Shown: positions 40,232 through 49,556 of the stretch, one piece after another
Layout of the letters: the number at the start of each line of letters is the position of its first letter
Numbering within the stretch: position 1 is the stretch's first letter
Virus record (IMG/VR): IMGVR_UViG_3300032288_004022
Span: 1-64,000 of that record
Length of the DNA: 64,000 nucleotides
Origin: a virus
Reading direction: 5' to 3' (one strand)
Notes under the pieces: model-generated
What the model was told of the DNA's origin: nothing
Database searches by the model: none
Seen by the model: the letters and a program-made list of their open reading frames with translations, nothing else
Position numbers and translations under genes: made by a program

Positions 40232-41139
40232 AAGTGGCAGTTTATCATCGCAGTGTGCCCAATGCAAAAAATCAGGAAAAGATCGATGTGTTACGATATT
40301 TTGCACAAGGAGTTCAATGCACTGGAGACCAACTGATTGATGTGCAAGATTACAGTTATCAGGCATCGCAGGTGGGAGTCATACAGGGTTGGATTGGACC
40401 TGCAAAAGTCACCAGTCAACATCAGCAATTGAGAAACACTGTTATAAACAACCAGATACAATTCAACAAGTATGTGGTGGCTATTGACAGTAATTTGTTC
40501 TTGTATGCCACACCCGGAAACCCTGACCACTATCTTCGATACAGTTTCAATGGTGTATTCCCTAACACCGGCATCTACTGTGACACCACAGTGGATCCTG
40601 TAAGATGGCAAAAAATCAGTGCAACATTAAATATCAGATTAAAAGATTATAGAACACAAGGCAATCATATCTTGTTGTGTCTTCAACGCAATGGTGGGTG
40701 GAGCATGGGAAATTATGACGTGATTGCTTGGTCACACAATACCATTGCTGAACTTAGAAAGCACACCAACAGGCCCATTGTGATCCGTGCGCATCCAGGA
40801 GACAAAGCAGCCAGAGTGTATGTGAACAGTATCACAGGGCCCGGTGTAACAATCAGTGGAAATGCCAATCTTGCAGATGATTTAAAAAATTGTTGGGCAG
40901 TGGTCAATCACAATTCCAGCCCAGTAGTGGGCGCAGCCATTGAAGGTTACCCAATTTTTGTGACTGACACTGCTCGTAGTCAATGCAGAGAGATTGCCAA
41001 TACTGATTTATCCATGATTGAAAATCCACAGTTGCCGGATAGACAATCTTGGATCAATCGAATTTCGATGTTTCATTGGAATTTTGAAGAACTAAAATCT
41101 GGCCAGTGTTGGCAACACATGCGAAGATATATAATGTGA
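40228..41139 (+). CDS. KpsS/KpsC-like GT-B protein 3
   Basis: ILLCLQR, IRAHP, HNSSPVVGAAIEGYP. Confidence 0.6.
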   Translation: MKVAVYHRSVPNAKNQEKIDVLRYFAQGVQCTGDQLIDVQDYSYQASQVGVIQGWIGPAKVTSQHQQLRNTVINNQIQFNKYVVAIDSNLFLYATPGNPDHYLRYSFNGVFPNTGIYCDTTVDPVRWQKISATLNIRLKDYRTQGNHILLCLQRNGGWSMGNYDVIAWSHNTIAELRKHTNRPIVIRAHPGDKAARVYVNSITGPGVTISGNANLADDLKNCWAVVNHNSSPVVGAAIEGYPIFVTDTARSQCREIANTDLSMIENPQLPDRQSWINRISMFHWNFEELKSGQCWQHMRRYIM

Positions 41140-41960
41140 TGCAACAACTACAAGTACTCACAGAAGAATTCAAAGACCATCCATGGATCCCAGGATGGAT
41201 TGAGGCTGGGTACGATATTAAATTTGTTACCAATCACACTGATGTTGTTGACTCTATTCCAGTGGTGTGCGGATCTGATTTATCTCACAACTATGTGTGT
41301 CGCTGGTTGAATATGAAACAACCAGCAGTGTACATTGGCCGAGGATACGTGGGCAATCACACTTCAAAAAAGCGGCGGCTTTGGAGAGCCAGTGTGAATG
41401 GGTGGGCAAATACAAAATTAATGCCGGTTCCGCACAGTAGATGGAACACAATGATGTTGTCCAGACATCCATGGAAAGTCAAACAAGTTCAAAAAGTATT
41501 GATTGCCCCAAGCAAGATGGTCAGCAACGTTTGGAGTCAAGTGGGAGCACGTACCTGGGCTGAGAATATGTTGGACAAATTTCCTGGAGCCGAAGTCAAA
41601 ATTAGATACAAAGCCAGCACTCCTTGGGAACGATGGGCCACATTGTGGGAAGATTTAGACTGGTGCGACTTAGTGGTAACACAGAGTTCGGCAATAACTT
41701 GCGAAGCACTTTGGTACGGTAAAAAAGTCATCAGCATAGAACCTTGCCCCACTTGGGCCGCTGAACACACCACGTTAGAAGATTGGCAAAATCCGCACGA
41801 ACCTGAACTAAGAGATGCCTGGCACGAACACCTGGCCTGGAGCCAATTTACTGTGGATGAATGGACGTCGGGCGAAGCATTGAGTTTGATCGAACAGTAC
41901 ATGGGACCTGTACTGGATTATGATGCCCAACACCAGTACAATTTACCAATTTTGTATTAG
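41139..41960 (+). CDS. KpsS/KpsC-like GT-B protein 4
   Basis: IGRGY, VLIAPS, VTQSSAITCEALWYG, HLAWSQF. Confidence 0.55.
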   Translation: MQQLQVLTEEFKDHPWIPGWIEAGYDIKFVTNHTDVVDSIPVVCGSDLSHNYVCRWLNMKQPAVYIGRGYVGNHTSKKRRLWRASVNGWANTKLMPVPHSRWNTMMLSRHPWKVKQVQKVLIAPSKMVSNVWSQVGARTWAENMLDKFPGAEVKIRYKASTPWERWATLWEDLDWCDLVVTQSSAITCEALWYGKKVISIEPCPTWAAEHTTLEDWQNPHEPELRDAWHEHLAWSQFTVDEWTSGEALSLIEQYMGPVLDYDAQHQYNLPILY

Positions 41961-42751
41961 TAATTTTTAAGTTCAAGCAACATGGTATCGTAATCGGGGA
42001 TACCAAAGTCAATTTCTTTGCGAGTGTCAACCAGCACTTTGTTCACTGCCTTGGGACCTTGTGTCTGCACAATGTGTTTGCCCAGTGCATACACATCATT
42101 GATCTTGCACAGCAAATCAAATTTGTTGATTTGATTGTGATTACTGACCAGATGATACACTCCGGCAACAGTGGGATCGTTGATGTACTGATTGACACAC
42201 TTGGCCAACTGCAACGTGGTGATGCCATTCCACCAGGCATTTGACCAACCGGGCAGTTCAGAATCCGGGTTGGTCAACACCCAATTAAGCAATCCAGTAC
42301 CGTTCTTTAGTTCGGGACCAATTATGCTCATTCTAAAGGTAATGTCTTTGGCATTGTTGACTTCACCAAAACTCTTGCTACGTCCATAAGCATTGGTTTC
42401 TGTGTGGTAGTCGCTTTCGACGTAGTTGCCACGAGCACCGTCAAACACACAATCAGTTGACAGATGTATCAGGCGTGTGTTGGTATTTTTTAACCGATGA
42501 GCACAATACTGTGGCCACCAGGCATTGACAACAGCGGCTCGATCGGGCCGATCCGTGCAATCTTTTACCAACAAACCAACCGCATTGACTAAAAAATCTG
42601 CGTCTAGTGAATCAAAAAAACTGTCAACTGATTGCTGTTCAATATCAAGCTGTGTTCTATCCACCATGGTCACAGCATGTCCGCAACGTTGAAGATAATC
42701 CGCGATCATGTGCCCAGCCATGCCGCGACTGCCAACCACAGTTACTTTCAT
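41957..42751 (-). CDS. RmlD-like NDP-4-keto-6-deoxysugar reductase
   Basis: GSRGMAG, HLSTDCVF, YGRSK; start 42751. Confidence 0.88.
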   Translation of the reverse strand: MKVTVVGSRGMAGHMIADYLQRCGHAVTMVDRTQLDIEQQSVDSFFDSLDADFLVNAVGLLVKDCTDRPDRAAVVNAWWPQYCAHRLKNTNTRLIHLSTDCVFDGARGNYVESDYHTETNAYGRSKSFGEVNNAKDITFRMSIIGPELKNGTGLLNWVLTNPDSELPGWSNAWWNGITTLQLAKCVNQYINDPTVAGVYHLVSNHNQINKFDLLCKINDVYALGKHIVQTQGPKAVNKVLVDTRKEIDFGIPDYDTMLLELKNY

Positions 42752-43728
42752 ATGAAATTGCCTTTCTTCAACATTTCTTTGATTTCTTTCTTGTTCATAA
42801 TTTTGGTCTTTGACGAAAATTCCTTGTGTGGGAAAGATTTGCAATCTTGATAACGCACCGCTAGAGCTTGATTGTAATTGCTGGGCAGTGTCAAAAAGTA
42901 GTTGTCATCGTAGCAGTAGGACAATTTAGATTCATGATGCGAGATCAACATTTCATCTAGCTTTTCGCCAGGCCGCATGCCAGTTTCTTTGATTTCAACT
43001 TGTCCATAAACATCCATCAGCACTTGGGCTAGATCCTTGATGTAACAAGCAGGCATGTTCATCACAAATGTTTCCCCACCAATGCTGTCAATGCTGGCCT
43101 TGAACAACAACTGTATGGCTTCTTCTAGGGTCAAGAAGAATCTGGTCATGTCATGGTCAGTCAACGTGATAGGGCCGCCTGATTTGATTTGTTCAATAAA
43201 AAACGGAATAACTGACCCACTTGATCCCATGACATTGCCGCCTCGAATGCACACAAATTTGGTGTAGTCAGTTAGGTCGTTGGCTTGTACAATGATCTTT
43301 TCACCCACAGCCTTGGTCATGCCGTACAAGTTGATTGGCTCCACGGCCTTGTCGCTGGACACGTCAATGACCTTGCGCACACGATTTTCAATGGCAGCAT
43401 TCACAATGTTTGTTGTGCCGTCAATGTTGGTTTTGATAGTTTCTTGCACATTCTCTTCGCACACAGGCACATGCTTGAGAGCTGCCAGGTGAAAAATGTA
43501 ATCCACGTTTCGAGTTGCCAATTTGACAGCATCATAGTCTCTGACATCACCAATGACAAATTTAAGTCTAGGGTCGTTGAACCGTCGCTTCATTAGTACC
43601 TGTTGCAACTCACCTCGACTGAAGCATATAATTTCTTTCACATTGTATTTTTTCAACAACATGGTGATCAAGGTTTGTCCCCATGATCCAGTTGCACCGC
43701 TGACAAAAATTCTTGTTCCGTTAAACAT
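42748..43728 (-). CDS. UDP-GlcNAc 4,6-dehydratase (FnlA/PseB/CapD family)
   Basis: GATGSWG, FHLAALKHVP, SSDKAVEPINLYGMTK, MTRF, GMRPGEKL. Confidence 0.92.
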   Translation of the reverse strand: MFNGTRIFVSGATGSWGQTLITMLLKKYNVKEIICFSRGELQQVLMKRRFNDPRLKFVIGDVRDYDAVKLATRNVDYIFHLAALKHVPVCEENVQETIKTNIDGTTNIVNAAIENRVRKVIDVSSDKAVEPINLYGMTKAVGEKIIVQANDLTDYTKFVCIRGGNVMGSSGSVIPFFIEQIKSGGPITLTDHDMTRFFLTLEEAIQLLFKASIDSIGGETFVMNMPACYIKDLAQVLMDVYGQVEIKETGMRPGEKLDEMLISHHESKLSYCYDDNYFLTLPSNYNQALAVRYQDCKSFPHKEFSSKTKIMNKKEIKEMLKKGNFI

Positions 43729-43729
43729 T

Positions 43730-44281
43730 TTAACCCTTTAGCAAGTTGATTATTTCTTGATCTGAATACAGTTTTACAGTGGCAATGAATTCTGAAAACT
43801 CTGCATATGATGTGTTGGCATAGGATTCGTCAGGATAAATTTTGTTGGCCGGCATGCGTATCAGAGTAAATCCAAAATTGTTGTTCATTGGATAGAGTTC
43901 AAAATTCTGCTCTTTGAGCATGTAATATAGAATTTTGTAAGAGTCAGAACAAAATTTAGGCGAAGTGTGTTTCAACGATGGCGGCACCATGTCGTGCATC
44001 AAGATCCAGTCTGTGGCGCGATCAACTGAATTATTGAAATCTCGCAACACATATTCGTAGTCATGACAAGCGTCAATGAATATGATATTGAATTTTGTGT
44101 CAGGAGTCAAACTGGCAAAGTACTCGTCGGTGGTGCCGTTGAACATGGCAGCACCATTGATATCCACTGACACCTTGGACTTGGCATTGATTTTGTCAAA
44201 GTTGATGTTGTCTCTTACCCCTAGTTCCAGGTAAGAACATTCGTGTATGTTTTTTAAATTGTTGATTATTTCACTGCTCAT
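43730..44281 (-). CDS. SAM-dependent methyltransferase (Methyltransf_24-like)
   Basis: YLELGV, FIDACHDYE, MHD. Confidence 0.75.
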   Translation of the reverse strand: MSSEIINNLKNIHECSYLELGVRDNINFDKINAKSKVSVDINGAAMFNGTTDEYFASLTPDTKFNIIFIDACHDYEYVLRDFNNSVDRATDWILMHDMVPPSLKHTSPKFCSDSYKILYYMLKEQNFELYPMNNNFGFTLIRMPANKIYPDESYANTSYAEFSEFIATVKLYSDQEIINLLKG

Positions 44282-44296
44282 GATATTCCTTTGATG

Positions 44297-44926
44297 TTAC
44301 TCGGTCACTAGATATTGTGTGTATTTTTTTACCTTGGTTGTTAACAGCACACTTTTGTCCCATGGCAAAAACTCCGCGGGCACCGATGGTCCCAGGTCGT
44401 ATTGATATTGTTCTTCTTCTAATGTTCTTTTTATTTGGCCTGTTTGTGCAACGTCGCCCCACTTGTTGACAAAATGCCCCCGTGCAAGACTGTAATTCCA
44501 CCCCGAACCGCTCTTGGCATAGGGAATTTCGTGCGAAATATACACGCCCAGGTCAGCTTCTTTGAGTCTAATGTAAAAGTCATCGTCTTCAAATCCGCCG
44601 CCCACAAAACGTTCGTCAAACATGCCTATGTTTCTCAACAGTTGTTTTTTAAATCCAAAAAATGCCAAACGATAAAATGCCACCATGGCGTACCCTTGAT
44701 CCAACAGCTCAAGCAATCGTGTCACATCAGCGTTGCTGGGCATGACTTTGTCCGACATCAAAATCACTGTTTCGGTATCAGCCGACGCAACACATGAGTT
44801 TACCAATTTGGAAAAACTGGGATATCCAGTGCCATCAAAATATTGAACTGGTTCTGGAGCAATGCTTTTTTGAATTGGTTCAAACAAGTGAGGGCGGTTT
44901 GATATCACAAAACTGCTATGATTCAT
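44297..44926 (-). CDS. GT2-like glycosyltransferase
   Basis: IGMFDERFVGGGFEDDDFYIR. Confidence 0.8.
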   Translation of the reverse strand: MNHSSFVISNRPHLFEPIQKSIAPEPVQYFDGTGYPSFSKLVNSCVASADTETVILMSDKVMPSNADVTRLLELLDQGYAMVAFYRLAFFGFKKQLLRNIGMFDERFVGGGFEDDDFYIRLKEADLGVYISHEIPYAKSGSGWNYSLARGHFVNKWGDVAQTGQIKRTLEEEQYQYDLGPSVPAEFLPWDKSVLLTTKVKKYTQYLVTE

Positions 44927-45605
44927 TGAGCCGGTCCCAGTAACTTGTTCTTGTTAGACTTTTCTTTATGCCTTTACCAACCAATGCTGTGCCCATGATA
45001 TAGTTGTGTATTTCAATTGTGACATGATACTGATTGATGGCATTGTCAGCTGGCAAATAGGTATTGGCATACGTTGCCACCAGTTTTCGGGCTGCGTGTG
45101 GTTTCAACGCATAGCCACAACAGCCGGGCATGCTGGAATTCCTATATGGCATGGCCTTTGGTTCTCCAGTGGGGTCAGTAAGATAATCCAAGTAACGATC
45201 ACTTTTCTTGGGATGACCCAGCGCCACCACCAGCACATCTTGCCAGTCAACTGGTATGTAGGGCCTAGATAGAACAATGTCGTCCTCCCAGATAATAATA
45301 GGTTCGTCAAGCTCGGCGCATTTTTGCCACAGTCTATAGTGACTCAAAAAACATCCTTTGATGCCGGGTGCTGAAATTTTGCCATGCTCCTGTACAGGGT
45401 CATCACTTTTGACAGCATCTGGGCCTTTGATTCCAAAAGGATGTACTGTGCGGCCCGATTCAGCCATGATGCCAACTGCATCGTTGCCGTAGGTGCCTTC
45501 AAACAATTCAGCTGTCATACCAAATTCTTCAAGACGTTGCTTTAGGTTGGTGGCTGTGGTCAATGATGCTTCAATTTTTGAAAGACAAATGATATAACTT
45601 TTCAT
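44916..45605 (-). CDS. GT25-like glycosyltransferase
   Basis: YIICL, GCFLSHYRLW, IWEDD, GYALKP.AARKL, PAD. Confidence 0.85.
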   Translation of the reverse strand: MKSYIICLSKIEASLTTATNLKQRLEEFGMTAELFEGTYGNDAVGIMAESGRTVHPFGIKGPDAVKSDDPVQEHGKISAPGIKGCFLSHYRLWQKCAELDEPIIIWEDDIVLSRPYIPVDWQDVLVVALGHPKKSDRYLDYLTDPTGEPKAMPYRNSSMPGCCGYALKPHAARKLVATYANTYLPADNAINQYHVTIEIHNYIMGTALVGKGIKKSLTRTSYWDRLNES

Positions 45606-46402
45606 TGCCAGTATGCCTCTGTTCGTGATACCAATAAGTCCTTGGCCGGGCTTCGACCAGCTTGTTTGCGTTTGCCTTTGAGATGGTCTAGATAAGCACC
45701 CCAGTCGCTGTTGATCAAGGGATGCCCTTCGCCAGTTACCAGACCCCGGCTCCAGTCTAGCTCATTCAACACACACTGTTTTCTCACAGCATCAAACACA
45801 AACGAATCGTGCCACTCTTCTAACGTGAATATTCCGTTCTCGGCATCATCATACCAGCGTTGAAACTTTTGTAAAAAGGTTTTTGTGTTGGTGTTGTTGA
45901 GATTCATAGCATACAGGCCACATTCTGAGTACTTGCCCTGACGTCCCAGATAACACAAGTCTCGGCCCGGGGGACACAAACGATCTAGATCTGGCAACGT
46001 TATCGCACTGTGGCACACAGTGTCTGCGTCCATCCATATCAACCAGTCGGTGCTGATAGATCTAGCACAGTGAAATATACTGTAAACCTTGTGCGCGAAT
46101 CTCACAGCATTCCATTTGAATCCTTTGCCGGCATCGCGTCGGCGTGATCTCACAGGATCGGTACTGACATCTCCATTGGCACGGGGCACATCTTTCCACA
46201 CAGATTTGAATGTTGTGAGCGCATCTACAACAGTGATATCATGTACTATGAGATTGCTAGCGGATTCTGCAACAGCACAATCTTCTGCATATACCACAAG
46301 GGCAACTTCAGCAGGCCAGTTTTTCAAAAAGGTTTGAATCATGCGCTGGCCGTATTGTTTATAGCCAGATTCGTTAAACGTGGTACATACAGTGTATTTC
46401 AT
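45602..46402 (-). CDS. GT-A glycosyltransferase
   Basis: AVRFAHKV, WMDAD, EWHDS, DHLKG. Confidence 0.75.
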   Translation of the reverse strand: MKYTVCTTFNESGYKQYGQRMIQTFLKNWPAEVALVVYAEDCAVAESASNLIVHDITVVDALTTFKSVWKDVPRANGDVSTDPVRSRRRDAGKGFKWNAVRFAHKVYSIFHCARSISTDWLIWMDADTVCHSAITLPDLDRLCPPGRDLCYLGRQGKYSECGLYAMNLNNTNTKTFLQKFQRWYDDAENGIFTLEEWHDSFVFDAVRKQCVLNELDWSRGLVTGEGHPLINSDWGAYLDHLKGKRKQAGRSPAKDLLVSRTEAYWQ

Positions 46403-46413
46403 GAAAAATACTT

Positions 46414-47271
46414 ATGATAGAAAACATAGCCTATTTTCCTTTGCAGTGTGCCAAGAACTCCCAACCTGTGATGAGTGCAGTGCTGGGGTGTTTGCAGTCA
46501 CGCGGCATTCAAACACAAGCAAATTCTTGGACCGCAGATGCAGCCATAATCTGGAGTGTGCTTTGGAACGGGCGCATGGCTGCTAATCAGCAGGTATACC
46601 AGCACTATCGTGCTCAAGGTCTCCCAGTGATTGTGATTGAAATAGGCACACTACATCGCGGCGTCACCTGGAAAGTGGCAGTAAACAACATCACAGCAGA
46701 TGGCTATTATGGGCATCAGGATCAGCTGGACTGGGATCGTCCCAGCAAACTAAAAGTCAATCTGGTCACACAGTCAGTTTCCCGACCCAATATTGTGGTT
46801 GCATTGCAACACACTCGCAGTTTACAGCTACAAGGTATAGACATCAATAACTGGTTGATTGATACTGTGCAACACATAAGAACCCACAGTGACCGTCCCA
46901 TTACCGTGCGACCGCACCCACGTTGTAAATTTGCACCGCCCAGTTTGCCCAAAGACGTTGTAATTGAAAACCCCAAACCGCTGGCACAAACCTACGACAG
47001 TTTTGACCTGCACTACGACTGCCATGCTGTGGTGAATTTTAACTCGGGGCCCGGGACCCAAGCAGCCCTGGCTGGAGTACGTCCCTTGGTAGATGCCAGC
47101 AGTTTGGCAGCACCTGTGGGCATTGATTTTGCACAAATTGAACGCCCGTATCAAAAAGACCGCGAATCATGGCTGGTGCAAATTTGCCACACAGAATACA
47201 CTGTGGAGGAACTGGCACAAGGCACCTGGTTAGATAGAATAGCCCCGGCTTTGGCCAGCATGGCCAATTAA
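46414..47271 (+). CDS. KpsS/KpsC-like GT-B protein 5
   Basis: IEIG, ALQH, VRPHPR, NFNSGPGTQAALAGV, HTEY. Confidence 0.6.
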   Translation: MIENIAYFPLQCAKNSQPVMSAVLGCLQSRGIQTQANSWTADAAIIWSVLWNGRMAANQQVYQHYRAQGLPVIVIEIGTLHRGVTWKVAVNNITADGYYGHQDQLDWDRPSKLKVNLVTQSVSRPNIVVALQHTRSLQLQGIDINNWLIDTVQHIRTHSDRPITVRPHPRCKFAPPSLPKDVVIENPKPLAQTYDSFDLHYDCHAVVNFNSGPGTQAALAGVRPLVDASSLAAPVGIDFAQIERPYQKDRESWLVQICHTEYTVEELAQGTWLDRIAPALASMAN

Positions 47272-47307
47272 TCACACTTGTGGCCCAGAGCCAGGTATAT
47301 AATTGTT

Positions 47308-47946
47308 ATGAACGCATGGCTTGATCATTATCGTAGAATCTACTATCCCTTGCTGAACATTCAGTTTACTCAAGCTCAAGGCATCCTGGCCGACGGCATC
47401 TACAACAGAGCTGTGGGCTTTGATGTTATTTTTAGACTGCTGTTGAGCCACAAGCAAACTGATTTCAGCATTGTAGAAACTGGTACGTTGAGAACACCGG
47501 GCAACTGGATGGACGGGCAAAGTGCTAGGCTGTTTACAGAATTTGTTGATGTATACAATGGACGAGTTCGCAGTGTGGACATAGACTCCACAGCCTGTGA
47601 AGCCGCTAGAAACAGTATTGCAAGCTTGAACTTTTCGGTTGATCTAAGCGACAGTGTGGCCTGGTTGGCAGCTCAAAAGGACCTGGACACAGTTGACTTG
47701 TTTTATCTTGACAGCTACGATGTGGATTGGAACGATGACACAGCATCGGCTCAGCATCATTTGGAAGAGTTCAAGATTATTGAACCATATCTGCGTACCG
47801 GGACAGTGGTAGCAATAGATGACAATTCTCGCTGGATCAACAACTCTCGACGAACTGGCAAAGGTCGAGCCATTGTGGAATATCTTGAGCTGACTCGAAA
47901 CAAACTGCCCATCTACGACGAATATCAAATTATTTTTCAGTTCTAA
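47308..47946 (+). CDS. SAM-dependent methyltransferase-like protein
   Basis: IVETGT, SVDID, DSV, YLDSYD, IDDN, GKG; ATG 47308. Confidence 0.7.
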   Translation: MNAWLDHYRRIYYPLLNIQFTQAQGILADGIYNRAVGFDVIFRLLLSHKQTDFSIVETGTLRTPGNWMDGQSARLFTEFVDVYNGRVRSVDIDSTACEAARNSIASLNFSVDLSDSVAWLAAQKDLDTVDLFYLDSYDVDWNDDTASAQHHLEEFKIIEPYLRTGTVVAIDDNSRWINNSRRTGKGRAIVEYLELTRNKLPIYDEYQIIFQF

Positions 47947-48671
47947 TGGCAAAGAAATTGGTCAAGCATATCGACTGTGCATGTGTGATTCACGGAAAAG
48001 CCTACGATTGGCAGTACGTGGAACGACTGTACAACATGTTGAGCCGAAATCTTGGCGCAGAAGTTCGCATGCATGTGTACACCGAACATGATAGAAGTGT
48101 GCCACCGCACATGGTCAAACACATACTTGATGATTGGGGTATAAGTGGTCCCAAACAAGGTTGGTGGTACAAGATGCAGTTGTTCAACTCTCAACACTTT
48201 GATGGCAATTTGTTGTACTTTGACTTGGACGTGGTGATTGCCAATCACCTGGACTGGGTACTTGGCCACCCCACTGACCTCTTTTGGACCATACGCGATT
48301 TCAAGTACCTACAGCGTCGTGACTCAGTGTCAATAAACTCCAGCATGATGTGGTTCAACGTTGAAAAATTCAACTGGATATGGCAGCAGTTTGGTCAGCA
48401 AGATCTCAATACTGTTGTAAAAACTTACCCAGGTGACCAAGACTACTTGAATGCAGTGCTGAATGTGAATCAACGGCGATTTTTTGATGATGGGTTTTTT
48501 GAAAGTTTTCGTTGGCAGTGCTTGGATGGCGGGTTTGACTTTGCACGCCGGAAACACCGCTGCCCGGGCACAGGAGTCAAAATTGAACCTGGCACCAGTG
48601 TAGTGGTGTTCCACGGCCGTCCCAAGCCAGCTGAAGTACATGATCCCATCATACAAAAACTCTGGCAATAA
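47946..48671 (+). CDS. GT8-like glycosyltransferase
   Basis: WWYKMQLF, YFDLDVVI, NSSMM, GDQDY, FHGRPKP. Confidence 0.8.
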   Translation: MAKKLVKHIDCACVIHGKAYDWQYVERLYNMLSRNLGAEVRMHVYTEHDRSVPPHMVKHILDDWGISGPKQGWWYKMQLFNSQHFDGNLLYFDLDVVIANHLDWVLGHPTDLFWTIRDFKYLQRRDSVSINSSMMWFNVEKFNWIWQQFGQQDLNTVVKTYPGDQDYLNAVLNVNQRRFFDDGFFESFRWQCLDGGFDFARRKHRCPGTGVKIEPGTSVVVFHGRPKPAEVHDPIIQKLWQ

Positions 48672-48691
48672 AACTAGTACTTTGCTGCTAC

Positions 48692-48720
48692 TTGACCAAA
48701 AATAAGCCTTTTGCTATAAT
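48692..48720 (+). promoter_or_regulatory. Early sigma70-type promoter
   Basis: TTGACC-17-TATAAT, TG extension. Confidence 0.85.
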
Positions 48721-48745
48721 TGGGACTTAACAACAAGGAGCCCCG

Positions 48746-48955
48746 ATGGGATATCGCGTTTTGGATACTGTGGACAACATGCGTCAAAAATACGGTGCCC
48801 GTGCTGGGCTTGAAGGCCCGTTCAATTTCTCAGGCCGAGTGTTGTATTATGACAACAAAGAAGGTGCATACTACGATCCCACTACAGATTTCTACGTCAG
48901 CCGCGAAGAAATGGACGCGATCAACGCTGATTTCTACAAAATCCTCAAAAAGTAA
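48746..48955 (+). CDS. Small early protein
   Basis: AAGGAGCC RBS; LEGPF...LYYD.KEG.YYDP. Confidence 0.8.
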   Translation: MGYRVLDTVDNMRQKYGARAGLEGPFNFSGRVLYYDNKEGAYYDPTTDFYVSREEMDAINADFYKILKK

Positions 48956-48978
48956 TACTTTTTAGTACTACTTTTTGG

Positions 48979-49007
48979 TTGACCAATATTTCCCGATCTG
49001 CTATACT
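48979..49007 (+). promoter_or_regulatory. Early sigma70-type promoter
   Basis: TTGACC-17-TATACT, TG extension. Confidence 0.8.
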
Positions 49008-49036
49008 GTAGTCATAGTGAGCAAAAAGGAGCCGAA

Positions 49037-49261
49037 ATGATTCGCAGTGAGTACGAAGCACGAATTCCCGCAACTGAGATCTACAGCTACAGTGGTGTGA
49101 TCACTGTGGAAGACAGCGGCGGCGAGTTGGTGCGTTTCACAATCCAACGCGAAACTGCATGCGATCGTCGCTGGGATGTGGTCAGTGACGCCATGATCCC
49201 CCGCGCAATGGCTGCTGGTCTCTTGGTCGATAAGCCCCTGTTGAGCCAAGAATTGGCTTGA
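49037..49261 (+). CDS. Small early protein
   Basis: AAGGAGCC RBS; own promoter. Confidence 0.7.
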   Translation: MIRSEYEARIPATEIYSYSGVITVEDSGGELVRFTIQRETACDRRWDVVSDAMIPRAMAAGLLVDKPLLSQELA

Positions 49262-49286
49262 CCAAAAATTCCCATTTTGCTATAAT
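49258..49286 (+). promoter_or_regulatory. Early sigma70-type promoter
   Basis: TTGACC-17-TATAAT. Confidence 0.85.
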
Positions 49287-49316
49287 AGAAGCATAGACAG
49301 TAACAAGGAGCCAGAA

Positions 49317-49493
49317 ATGAACTTTGAACAAGCCATTGAAATCGTCCAAGAATACAAACAAGATTGGGCCTTGCCCGGATTGCTGGAGACCCTGCAGCAG
49401 ATGCAGGATTGCTACGACGATCTCAGCGGCCAGGAAGCCCGTGCATATCGTGTGGTTTTTCGTGAAATGGGCCGACTGTTTGCCCCGGCCTAA
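49317..49493 (+). CDS. Small early protein (58 aa, MNFEQAIEIVQEY...), absent from the ORF track
   Basis: AAGGAGCC RBS, ATG 49317, TAA 49491-49493; translated by hand. Confidence 0.8.
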   Translation: MNFEQAIEIVQEYKQDWALPGLLETLQQMQDCYDDLSGQEARAYRVVFREMGRLFAPA

Positions 49494-49497
49494 ACGG

Positions 49498-49526
49498 TTG
49501 ACCAATAAATCCCCTTCTGCTATAAT
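49498..49526 (+). promoter_or_regulatory. Early sigma70-type promoter
   Basis: TTGACC-17-TATAAT. Confidence 0.85.
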
Positions 49527-49556
49527 ATGTTTTTAACGCACAAAAAGGAGCCAACT

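Noticed and set aside
35948-48671. Host chromosomal LPS locus or prophage boundary
   Set aside because: Directly coupled to UvsY, uses phage TAAATA promoters, flanked by phage genes, no integrase
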